Of a stretch of 64,000 bases of DNA, positions 1 through 11,641 are shown one piece after another (position 1 is the first letter of the stretch; every line of letters starts with the position of its first letter). Made by a program: the position numbers and the translations under genes. Where the stretch lies: contig OX597831.1 of assembly GCA_951406725.2 (NCBI GenBank), positions 27,280,001 through 27,344,000 of the forward strand. Reading direction: 5' to 3'. The notes below the pieces were generated by a model. It had not been told where the DNA came from, did not search any database, and saw nothing but the letters and a program-made list of their open reading frames with translations. This stretch comes from Octopus vulgaris (lineage: Eukaryota).

Positions 1-24
1 TTAAATCATAAACCATCACTATTG

Positions 25-71
25 TCGTCATCACCACCACCACCACCACGCCCGTCGTCATCATCATCATT

Positions 72-108
<37 letters not shown>

Positions 109-122
109 CCACCACCACCACC

Positions 123-156
<34 letters not shown>

Positions 157-188
157 TCATCATCACCATCATCATCACCACCACCACC

Positions 189-268
<80 letters not shown>
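25..268. repeat. Compound (CAT)n/(CAC)n microsatellite
   Basis: Alternating blocks of CAT and CAC triplets. Confidence 0.95.
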
Positions 269-276
269 TGCTGTAG

Positions 277-412
277 CATCACGAAGGACCGGGTGGATTG
301 GACGAAGAGGTCCGGTAGAATACCCTTCACGTTCATCGGACCTCACACCTCTAGGGTGGATACTGAAATGATAAAGTTTACGATACAAAACCAGCTAAAA
401 CCGACGAATTGA
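277..412 (+). CDS. Possible terminal exon of an unidentified gene entering from the left (ITKDRVDWTKRSGRIPFTFIGPHTSRVDTEMIKFTIQNQLKPTN*)
   Basis: Unique CpG-containing sequence after tgtag; 44 open codons to TGA. No recognisable domain. Confidence 0.25.
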
Positions 413-608
413 AGGTGAACACTAAACAAGAATGATGACCACAAATGCCGAATGAAGTATCGCTTGTTTGCGATTCCATTGCCTCGCGTTATCCGCAGAG
501 CGTGTACCAGAATCATCATCAGTGTGACCTCAGGTGTTCATGAAGAAAGCAATTAAATTCTGCCCTCAATTTTTAATCATTCAAGGTTTACTTTTATTTC
601 GGGCACCC

Positions 609-643
<35 letters not shown>

Positions 644-661
644 TTATTTATATATATTACA

Positions 662-1060
662 CTAGCAGTATCGCCCGGCGTTGCTCGGGTTTGTAAGGGA
701 AATAACTATATAAGCATTTTTAGAGATGTAAAGTATAATAGCCATCTCAATATGGCTAACCACAAAGGGGGGGGGGTGTTACTGTAGCTTTTTACGTTCT
801 GAGATTTAATAATAAATTTTTAGAGAGTTACTTCCCTTATATATGCCAAAAATGCATTAAAAATGTGAAAAATTGATGGTAAATTTTTTTAAAAATCGTA
901 GACTCATCGTAGACGCACGCTAATACACAGAAGGGCTCGATATGAATCGCGACTATAAGATACCCGGTTTTGGTTAAACTGCACCGCAAAATGTGGGAGA
1001 AGTTAGGAATCTAAATCGTAGGAGACAGACAGCACACAACCTCTTTTTTATATATAAAGA
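662..1060 (-). mobile_element. Non-autonomous Helitron
   Basis: On the minus strand: A|TC...hairpin cccgagcaacgccggg...CTAG|T, no TSD. Close copy at 51572-51956. Confidence 0.85.
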
Positions 1061-1146
1061 TATCACACACATATATATCACACCGCGTGTGTATCGTTGG
1101 CGATTTTCTTTCTCCGTCTTCCCTTCCTTGGACCTTTCCTTTTTCT

Positions 1147-1185
1147 AGGTTTCTGACGAAGAGCTTCGCTCGAAACGTTAAATCT
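1147..1185 (+). ncRNA. Minimal type I hammerhead ribozyme motif in a Penelope-like remnant
   Basis: aggttt-CTGACGA-a-gagc(ttc)gctc-GAAA-cgtt-aaatct: intact core, stems I and II, loopless palindromic stem III (ACGT), GUU triplet. Confidence 0.7.
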
Positions 1186-1340
1186 TCCTTCTTTCTTTCC
1201 TTTCCTGACCGTCCAATAACACTATGTTCCATGTCCCCGCGTTGTGTTTTCTCTTTCTGTTTTCACGTTTGGATTAACTACATATACATACATACATACA
1301 TACATACATACATACATACATACATACATACATACATACA

Positions 1341-1371
<31 letters not shown>

Positions 1372-2515
1372 CACACACACACATATATATATATACATAC
1401 ACACATATATACATATATATATCACACACACATACACATATATATATAGATATACATATATATTCTTTTGTTTCTCTCATTTGCCAGCGGCTATGCTGGA
1501 GCACCATCTTGAAGGATTTTAGTCGGACAAATCGACCCCAGGAATTATTTTTTAAGCCTAGTACTTATTCTATCGGTTCCTTTTGCCGAACCGCTAGTTC
1601 ACGAGGAGAAGTTAAACACACCAACACCGGTTGTCAAGCAATAATCGGGGGACAAATAAAGAACACGCACATAGATACGTACATATATAGGACCACTCCG
1701 TCAGTTACGACGATGTGGGTCCCAGCTGATACGATCAACGGAACAGCTCGTGAAATTAACGACATGTAGTTCATGGGAGATTCAGCGTGACAAGGCTGGC
1801 CCTTTGAAATATAGGTACTACTCATTTTTGCGAGCTGAGTGGATTGGAGCAATGTGAAATAAAATGTCTAGCTCAAGGATACAACGCGTCGCCGGGAATT
1901 GAACTTGCGACCTTACGATCGTGAGCCGAATGCTCCTAACCACTAAGCCACGCGCCTTCACAGAAAGACAGAAACTGAAAGAAGCCTGTTGTATATATGT
2001 AAATATATGTATGTGTGTGTATATGTTTGAGAGTCTGTGTTTGTCTCCCCAACATCGCTTGACAACCGATGCTGGTGTGCTTATGTCCCCGTTACTTAGC
2101 GGTTCGGCAAAAGAGACCGATAGAATAAGTACTGGGCTTACAACAAAAGAATAAGTCCCGGGGTCGAGTGGTTCGATTAAAGGCGGTGGTCCAGCATGGC
2201 CGCAGTCAAATGACTGAAACAAGTAAAAGAGTATATACGTACATATATGTTTGTATGTATGCATATATTTTATTTATTACACTATATATATATATATATA
2301 TATACACGAAGGGCTTCTTTCAGTTTTCATCTACCAAATCCACTCACAAGGCTTTGAGTAACCCAAGGCTATGGTAGAAGACACTCCACGCAGTGGGAGT
2401 GAACCCGGAACCATGTGGTTGGGAAGCAAGCGTCTTACCTCATAACCACGCCTCCGCCTATACACACACACACATATATATGAACACGCACACACATACA
2501 TGTGTGTGTGCGTCC

Positions 2516-2564
<49 letters not shown>

Positions 2565-2582
2565 TGTATATGTGTGTGTATG

Positions 2583-2615
<33 letters not shown>

Positions 2616-3463
2616 AATGGTTCTTCGTCGTTTGGAGATTAGGATTTGGTTGCTCGAATTACATGCTCATTGAATTAATTTGTGACTGAGTATTCCATAG
2701 ACACATGTGCCCTTAATGTAATTTTCTTAGAGATAATCAGTGTGACACAATATGTCTGTGACAAGGATGAAACCTTTTGAATTACACGTAGAATCCATCT
2801 GACTGGATCTTGTGCTTTCCATCTTTCCAAATTTTCCTCACATACGTCGAACGGCGGCATGGTTTAAAAAAAAAAAAGAGTAGAAAACAAAACTTGCGGA
2901 AGACGCCACGCAGTGGGATTGAACGTGAGACTATGTAGTTGCGACGTGAACTTCTTGTACTTTGATCATATTGAGCTTCCATACGTCGTTATAACTTCAC
3001 GTATTTCTTGTTCATACACGCACAGGATTGATCCAACTTCTGTATAGCGCAGTGTAAAAAATTAGTCATGCATTACCTCCCCTGTATATTATTGTCTCCC
3101 TTGTCAGTAACCGTTCCATGTTTCGTCTCGCGTTATTCCCCTTGCATCAATTCTCAAACTTTTTGGTAAGTTTAAATATTGTTTCTATCATTTTATCGTC
3201 CATAATACTTTCGAACTTCTATTTCTTCTGTTACTATTTGGTTGTTGTCACAGAGACAATATTTATAGATCAATGACTTTAGAATAACCGTTACTCGAAA
3301 ACAAATCTTGGAAAAGATCCCAAATCTTTCGTCTGCTTCTATACAGAATACAATTTCAACGTGAATTATTTCAAAGAAAATTTTCTTAATTTCGTTGAGT
3401 TTGCCGAGTTCGCTAAGCGCTACCAGAATATACAACCCTAATAATTATAACAATAATAATAAC

Positions 3464-3690
3464 CTGTTGTGTCTGGGGAGAGTCATTCTCTTTTAGTACC
3501 TTATTATTTAACACATTCACCGGTAAAATTTCCACTTATTTCGTCTTTTTATTTTCCTAAAATTTTCGAAGGTTGCAAGACGCAACGAAAATTTTAGGAA
3601 AATAAAAAGACGAAATAAGTGGAAATTTTACCGGTGAGTGTGTTAAATAATAAGGTACTAAAAGAGAATGACTCTCTCCAGACACAACAG
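3464..3690. repeat. Near-perfect palindrome with 105-bp arms
   Basis: Arms 3464-3568 and 3586-3690, 17-nt spacer; single-arm copy near 37346-37495. Confidence 0.9.
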
Positions 3691-4056
3691 AATATGCTTC
3701 AACACACGAACTCATATAAAGAATCTTGCAAACCAAATCCAAAAACGAAAAATAATAATAATAATGATAATAAAAATAGTAATAATTTGTTTTTGTATCT
3801 GGTTTGCAAAATTCTTTATGTGAATTCGTGTGTTGAAACAGCGCCAATATAATTAACACATGTATAATGACTATCCTTAAACACAACAAAATGATAATAA
3901 TCTTTTCTACTAAAGGCCCAAGGCCTGAAATTTTGGGATAGGAGACTGATCGATTACATTGACTCCAGTGTTTCACTGGTACTTAATTTATCAATCTCGA
4001 AAGGATGACAAGCAAAGTCATCCTCGGAACTCAGAACATGAAGACGGACGAAATTC

Positions 4057-4460
4057 CGCAGGAGTGGCTGTGTGGTAAGTAGCTTGTTTACCAGCCACAT
4101 GGTTCCGGGTTCAGTCCCACTGCGTGGCACCTTGGGCAAGTGTCTTCTACTATAGCCTCGGGCCGACCAAAGCCTTGTGAGTGGATTTGGTAGACAGAAA
4201 CTGAAAGAAGCCCGTCGTATATATGTATATATATATATATGCGTGTGTGTGTTTGTGTGAGTGTGTTTGTCGCCCTAGCATTGCTTGACAACCGATGCTG
4301 GTGTGTTTATGTCCCCGTTACTTAGCAGTTCGGCAAAAGAGACCGATAGAATAAGTACTGGGCTTACAAAAGAATAAGTCCCGGGGTCGAGTTGCTCAAT
4401 TAAAGGCGATGCTCCAGCATGGCCGCAGTCAAATGACTGAAACAAGTAAAAGAGTAAAGA
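4057..4460 (+). mobile_element. SINE family A (tRNA-like head, internal TA/TG microsatellite, gtaaaaga tail)
   Basis: Other copies at about 8980-9420, 12859-13272, 43818-44218, 55737-56112 (+) and 27318-27722, 35897-36538, 52436-52805, 57887-58280 (-). Confidence 0.9.
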
Positions 4461-4941
4461 AGCATTTTGCCCAGCATATTAATGAATCGGCAAGCTCCCT
4501 GCCTTCATAGTAATATGATCCAAGGCGGCGAGCTGGCAGAAACGTTAGCACGCCGGACGAAATGTGTAGCTGTATTTCGTCTGCCGTTACGTTCTGAGTT
4601 CAAATTCGGCCGAACTCGACTTTGCCTTTCATCCGTTCGGGGTCGATAAATGAAATACCAGTTACGCACTGAGGTCGATGTAATCGATTTAATCCGTTTG
4701 TCTGTCCTTGTTTGTCCTCTCTATGTTGAGCCCCTTGTGAGTAATAAAGGAATAGGTATTTCGTCTGCCGCTACGTTCCGAGTTCAAATACTGCCGAGGT
4801 CAACTTTGCCTTTCATCCTTTCGGGGTCGATAAATTAAGTACCAGTTATGCACTGGTGTCGATGTAATCGACTTAATCCCTTTGTTTGTCCTTGTTTGTC
4901 CCCTCTATGTTTAGCAATGGGCAATAAAGAAATTAATAATA

Positions 4942-5680
4942 TTATGTACAAAGATTTTGAATTAGAGGTCTCAAAAATGTAGCATCTAAGAACGACAACT
5001 GTACCCGTGATCATCTGAGATCTAATGATCCCAAAAGTCACCCTAGCATTATGAGTAAATACCAAGAAACTGCAAAAGTATCAGAACTACAAAGAACATA
5101 AATTGCTTTCATGGGTACTGACTATGTCTAAAGAGAAGCATTATTAACCTGAGAATATCCTGTTTCTCTTGAAAGCCTTTCAAAACTGGAATAGAAATTT
5201 AACAGAATCGTAGTTCTTAGAATCTGGTCTCCTTTCTCATCAATATTTATTTATTTATGCGCCCTTTTCAAGCCTAGCCAGGCTCATGGCCCCGGTTTCT
5301 TTGGTGTATGTGTTCCCCCCCAGCTAGACGGGACGCACGCCAAGAACGTTACTCAACAAACAGGAAGAAAGAGTGAGAGAAAGTTGGGCGAAAGAGAACA
5401 ACAGGGGTCGCCACCACCCCCTGCTGGAGCCTCGTGGAGCTTTTAGGTGTTTTCGCTCAATAAACACACAACGCCCAGTCTAGGAATTGAAACCGTGATC
5501 CTCCGACCGTGAGTCAGCTGCCCTAACCACTGGGCCATTGCACCTCCACTTCCCTACAATATAACTTATCTAAACATAAATAACACCCATGATAAAACGT
5601 CCAGCTTGCTATCACTTGAGGTCTCTGGGTGAGACTTGAAACACCTTGGAATTTTATATGAATGCAAGAACAATAACAAC
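4942..5680 (+). mobile_element. R4/Dong-like non-LTR retrotransposon 3' fragment, interrupted by a SINE at about 5247-5549
   Basis: Decayed C-terminus YKDFELEVSKM*HLRTTTVPVII..IAFMGT.YV*REAL matches the KYxDLxxEIxxMW..VPVIIGALG..GTAHILR pattern; ends in (AAC/AAT)n. Confidence 0.65.
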
Positions 5681-6695
5681 AATGGTATTATTATTATTAT
5701 TATTATTATTATCATTATTAAGGTGGTGAGTTGGCAGAATTGTTAGCACACCGGACGAAATTTCGCCCCTTTTTACGTTCTGAGTTCAAATTCTGCCGAG
5801 ATTGACTTTGCATTTTTACTCCTTTTGGGAACAGTAATACAAGTACCAGTTGAAGACGGGGGTCGATATAATCGACTCATCCCCAGCCCCTCCAAAATGG
5901 CTGCCCTTGTGTCAAAATTTGAAACCATCATTATTATTAATAGTAGTGGTAGTTGTAGTGGTGGTGGTGGTGGCAGCAGCACTTTTTAACAAACAGTAAT
6001 TATGCAATGAATAGCCCCAGAAGCTATGGTTCTGTAACAATGTACAGTTCTTAATATATGCATCTAATCAAGACACAATGCCAGCAACTTTTTTTTTGAA
6101 GAGAAGAGTCATTTGATATGAATAACTCCTAGTACTTGGTTAGTACTTTATTTTTTACAATTCTGAGAAAATGAAAACCAAAGCTGACCTCAGAACAAAT
6201 GAATCTAGTATGGATGCACACACCGATGAATCTTTAACTAAAGTGACACATTAATTTACTGTGACTAATACTCTGTTCATCCTTTAAGTTGAAAGGGGTT
6301 GCATCACTCAGTAACTTCCATTGACCCCCGTCTCCATCACACACACACACAAACAAATATATAGACATACACAAATATTTATATACATACATATAACTAT
6401 CTTTTGGTTTGATTTTATTTTCTCTTTTTACATATTTTTATAACACAAAGCTAATAAATTGTATAAATCATTGCAAAACATGATATACAAATGGATTTTA
6501 ATATTGTTAAGTGAGATATTATATATATATATAAATTATATATAGATATTATATATACGTAAATATACATTTATACACTTATATATATATATATGCATAT
6601 GTATCTGTGTGCATGAGTGGATATGCACATATATATATATATATTGATATATATATATATATATATATACATACACACATTCACGCATATACATA

Positions 6696-6927
6696 CAGAA
6701 TGGGCTAAAAGTCAAGCACCAATAAGTTCAATACACTTCAGAATTGCCAAAAACATGCTTCAATTTTTCTAAAATTGAATAAAATAAATAAATTAATGAT
6801 GAATACACGCGTACTTGTACATGATGAACAAAACGAGTAATAATAATAATAATAACAATAACAACAACAATAATGTAATATAAATAAAATGTCAAATGTT
6901 TTGGTGCATGACATTTGACCCACCCTG
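6696..6927. mobile_element. Tc1/mariner-type MITE
   Basis: About 27-bp imperfect TIRs cagaatgggctaaaagtcaagcaccaa / ttggtgcatgacatttgacccaccctg, TA on the left flank. Confidence 0.6.
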
Positions 6928-7070
6928 CATATAATTTTATAAATTATTATTATTATTTATTTTTTTTTTTTTTTACATATTTTTATGGCATAAAATGGAT
7001 GAATTTTATAAATTACTTCAAAACATGATATATAAATCAAATTTATATGCAGAGGGATATTACATGTATA

Positions 7071-7124
<54 letters not shown>

Positions 7125-7431
7125 AAAGAGGCTGGTGTTGGTCTGCATCGGCAAGAGTTATTGAGTAAAATTGGTAAAAAAAAAAATGTAGTGAACTTGC
7201 TGTGAGGTGTGGAAAGCTCAACATTTTGGACAGAGTCCACTTTTTTGCTTTGTTTTTTTATTTTATATATATATAATTTTGAGAATGCAAAACTTTGACG
7301 TCTCTTGGGAATTTCTTTCTTTCAACTTTTCCCTGAAGACTGACTCTGTCGAAAACATTGGGTTTTCCACTCCTCATCAAAGTTCATTAAATTCATTTTA
7401 TCAATTTTACTATTATATATATATATAAATA

Positions 7432-7466
<35 letters not shown>

Positions 7467-8085
7467 AATATAGGATAAAATTTTTTCAAAAAATTTCATC
7501 AAGTGGCCAGCATATTGAAATACCTTTTAAGGTGAAAGTTATAAACAATTATAAATAAGGGCAAAAGAAAAAATTTCTATGCCATTGTGCTGAGAAATAG
7601 ACTTTAAATCGTCAATCACCACATACATTACATATCTCTATAAATACATATCGTGTATTTAGATATATTTGGGGTACTTATGCGTACCCATGACTTTTGC
7701 TTCTGCTTTTTTCCATGGGTGCTTGTAAGTATTTCTTTTATTTCTCATCATATTCTCTGCTGACAAGTGAAAAAAATCCGTTGGTTTAATTCCGAAATCT
7801 TTTGATACAGAGATAATGAATTTTTGAAAAAATTCTTTTAGCTTACTTTCCTCAAGTCAACACGATGTGTATTTATAGGATATATATATAGTATAGACTT
7901 TAAATCGTCAATCACCACATACTATCATCATCATCATCAACGGACGTTAAACGATGATGATGATAATAGTATGTGGTGATTGACGATTTAAAGTCTATTT
8001 CTCAGCATATTGGCATAGAAATTTTTTCTTTTGCCCTTATTTATAATTGTGTGTATACATATATATATATATATACATACATATA

Positions 8086-8301
8086 CATGAGGGAGTGCTA
8101 AAAAGTTCCTGGTTTTAAGGGTATTGCGAAAGGCCTGGTTAGTGGTCCAAACTGCCGAGTTCTTTTATAGGGCTTAGAAAAACTGAAGGACCATTGCAAT
8201 AAGCGTGTGAATCTGAGAGGGGAATATATTGAATAAAATTATGATTAACTGATCCTCCTGTATTTTTTTAACCCAAAGCCAGGAACTTTTGAACACTCAT
8301 G
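8086..8301 (+). mobile_element. Mariner-derived MITE
   Basis: TA flanks and imperfect TIRs (catgag..aaaagttcctgg / ccaggaactttt..ctcatg). Retains transposase C-terminus GLEKLKDHCNKRVNLRGEYIE*. Partial copy on minus strand at about 40350-40455. Confidence 0.75.
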
Positions 8302-9153
8302 TATATACACACACACACATATATATATACATATATACACACACATTTATATATATATATACACACACACATTTATATATATATAGTGGTTGGCATCCAG
8401 CTGTAGGAACCAAACCAAATAATACAACAAACACCAAGTGTTTAGGAGTAGCAGCTTCCAGTAAGAGATGACTTAGACTGTGACAATCCAACCATGTCCA
8501 CCCATGTAAAAATGATGATGATGATGATGTGTATGTGTGATTGATGGTAGAAGATAGTAATTTTCAGACTTTGGAAAATAATGTGATAATGTGTTGATAA
8601 TAGTGGTAGAGTAAGCTGGCTGTTTAGGTACTGGCTATTTAGGTGTCTCAGCTAAACAGAGCATGTATGTGTGCACATGTGTGTGAGCTTTTATCTGGCC
8701 AAAGATAGATATAATAGAATAGAATAAAAATATTATACATTGTGATATAAATACTATATTCCATAAATATACAAACACCTGCCAACAAATTGCTTTTCTC
8801 TGTAGATGAGATCTGTGAAAGATTTCATTTCTAAGCAATTCTATTTGTCTGTGTCCGCACACACACACACAATAATTTTGTTTAGACAGAATCTTCTGCA
8901 TCCTCAACAAACCTAGACTTATTCTATTTTTGTCAAAGTTATTATACAAACTATTTGTGATCACATGTTGGAAATATATGCGGCTATGTGGTAAGAAGCT
9001 TGCTTCCCAACCACATGGTTCTAGGTTCAGTCCTATTGAATGGCGGCACCTTAGGCAAGTGTCTTCTACTATAGCCTCAGGCTGACCAAAGCCTTGTGAG
9101 TGGATTTGGTAGATGGAAACTGAAAGAAGCCCGTTATGTGTATGTATGTATGT

Positions 9154-9199
<46 letters not shown>

Positions 9200-11271
9200 A
9201 TATCTATGTATGTGTGTTTGTCCTCACCACCAACACTTGACAACCAGTGTTGGTGTGTTTACGTCCCTGTAACCTAGCAGTTTGACCAACAAAATCAATA
9301 AAATAAGTTTCAGGGTTGAAAAAAAGTACTGGGGTTGATTCATTCAACTAGACGTTCTTTGAGGTGGTGCCCCAGCAAGGCCACAGTCTGATGATTGAAA
9401 CAAGTAAAAGATAAAAGATATATATATGACAAAGAGAGAGACATACGCACACACACCTACATATGAACACATACTTTCCTTCTGTGTATCATGGATAAAC
9501 TCTAAAAATAAACTGATATTGTTTGTCCCATTGATAAAAACGTTATGGTCACTTCTTCCGTAGTATAAGAAACAGTTTTGGACCTTCATCATCATCATTA
9601 CATCATTTTTTTCCCATGCTTGTATAGGTTGGTTGGTCCCCTCTCCAGCCCCACATCTTGCCACTTGTTGACTTCCTTTGTTTTCTCCCTCATAAAGATT
9701 AGCCTCCTGAAATTAATTCTCAATACCATTTCTGCTCGTGCCTTCTCAAGTCTCCCTTTTCTGCAGTTTCCTTCCACATGAATCTTGCATGTGTGTGTAT
9801 GTGTATAATATTTTTGGTAACAAATAAAAAGTACTCAATACATATAATATAATTTATATTTATGGCAGGAAACAGTTGTAACAGAGTGAATGACCAGATA
9901 TTTAATATATAAATTGTATGTAATATAGATATATTTGAGAGAGAGCGAATTAGACAAGGGGTTTGAGGTACCTATTCAATTTAGGGTACTTTACAATTCC
10001 CAAAATAGTTTGATGTTATCTTTGGTTTCTGATCCCTTTTTTTTTTGTTTTCTCGAATCTTTTAAAATATTTGGGTTAACTTGTAGATCCCAACATAATA
10101 CAGTTACTCTTGGACTTGCAGTGGAATGGGAGAAGTGATAGGGTTGGGGGATAGTTGAGGGTTCATGTTAGAGTTTAATATAAGAGCAGGGATAGAGGAT
10201 TAGGGTTATAAAGGGGCTGGTTCTTAACAACAATTGCTGTGATAAATGATCCATTGAGTAGACAGATAGTCCATTGTTCATTGGCTGAAGCTTTTTTTAT
10301 TGTTTTTTAACATGACAGAATTTAAACCAAAACTACACTGGATGGAGGGAGTTATGTGGATCAAAGTGCTTCACCTCATCTCACTCCACTCTCTCTGTCC
10401 CAGTTTTCCTCATACACACACATGCAAACCCACATTAAATCCTTTTAAATGTCTAGTTTATCAAACACACTCACATGTATCAATAATGTATATATTCACA
10501 CACACATAATACATATATAAAAGTTTATACACACACGTCAATATTTATACATATACACAGACATACACTAATATATTCTTATAAACATATGAAAACTAAT
10601 TAAAAATTACATGTAACTGAATTTGTGTTGTTGGGTCATGTGTGCATGCATACACCCATGTGTGTGTGTGTGTGTACGTATATTAAGAGTTGTGGTTTAG
10701 CCCCAGGCCTGCCTTCACTGTGTATCCCATTCTTCTCATAAGTATATCTAGAGCTACTTTATCTGATCGATTCTTGAAGAGAGCATGTTGTAATCTGAGG
10801 AATAATTGACTGGTATTTCTAGCAGGTCGTGTGCGGCCACGTACAAGCTCTCTCTTTTTAAGTGGAAAGGGTTTCCCCGGTGAGATTCTGGCGGAATTCT
10901 TAACACCTGACACAACAGTACCAAACAATGCAATTAGCTCGTCGTGACAGAGGAGTTACTTCCCTTTACACATTCTTTAAAATGATGGACACTGAATTCT
11001 GAAGGAGAGTTGTGTCTGTTGATGTGTGAAAGACAACGAAGACCACTATCATGGTCTTCAATTTAAAAAAAAAAAAAATTCAAGGTCTCTTGAAAACCTG
11101 GCAATTTCTATCGTACTTGACCTTTTTGATCCCAACCCATCTACAACTACCTTTAGTTCTATGATACAAACACACAGTTTTTTAAGTTTTCTAAATTAAA
11201 ACCTTCCATGAAAATTTCATATTTTATGTGCTAAAGACCAGTTTTACAAATGACAAAGTTAGTTGACTAAA

Positions 11272-11641
11272 TCTCTCTATATGTAAAGCTGAAGTTGTCT
11301 GTGTATGGCAGGTTTGGTAGCCTTCAACTAACACTATCTCCTCCGAGACCCTGCGGCACAAGTTGACCAAAATTGAGAGTATGATAGAAGAAGGCTTGCT
11401 TCAAATCGGACCATGTTAACACCAAAAATTATTTACATCAAAAAGGTGCTTTTTTTCCTATGAAAATCCCTATTTTTTACGATTTTTTGACTGCTGTGTT
11501 GCCATTTTTCGGTGTATTTCAACCAGAAAAATGTTCACTTAAAGAGAAAAAAAAGCTACATAATGCAAATTTTTTACTTTTCAAAAATTCCAATTCTAGA
11601 GGGTCGAAACAAACCTGAGCAACGCCGTGTGATACTGCTAG
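11272..11641 (+). mobile_element. Non-autonomous Helitron, different body with shared 3' terminus
   Basis: A|TCTCTCTATATG...aaacctgagcaacgccgtgtgatactgCTAG|T. Confidence 0.75.

Noticed and set aside
22-276. Poly-Ser/Pro ORF
   Set aside because: Translation of a (CAT)n/(CAC)n microsatellite with a TTG start.
3193-3435. 80-aa minus-strand ORF
   Set aside because: TTG start, no recognisable domain or splice context.
8635-9243. 202-aa ORF and other ORFs containing [13 protein letters not shown]
   Set aside because: Recurrent translation of SINE family A.
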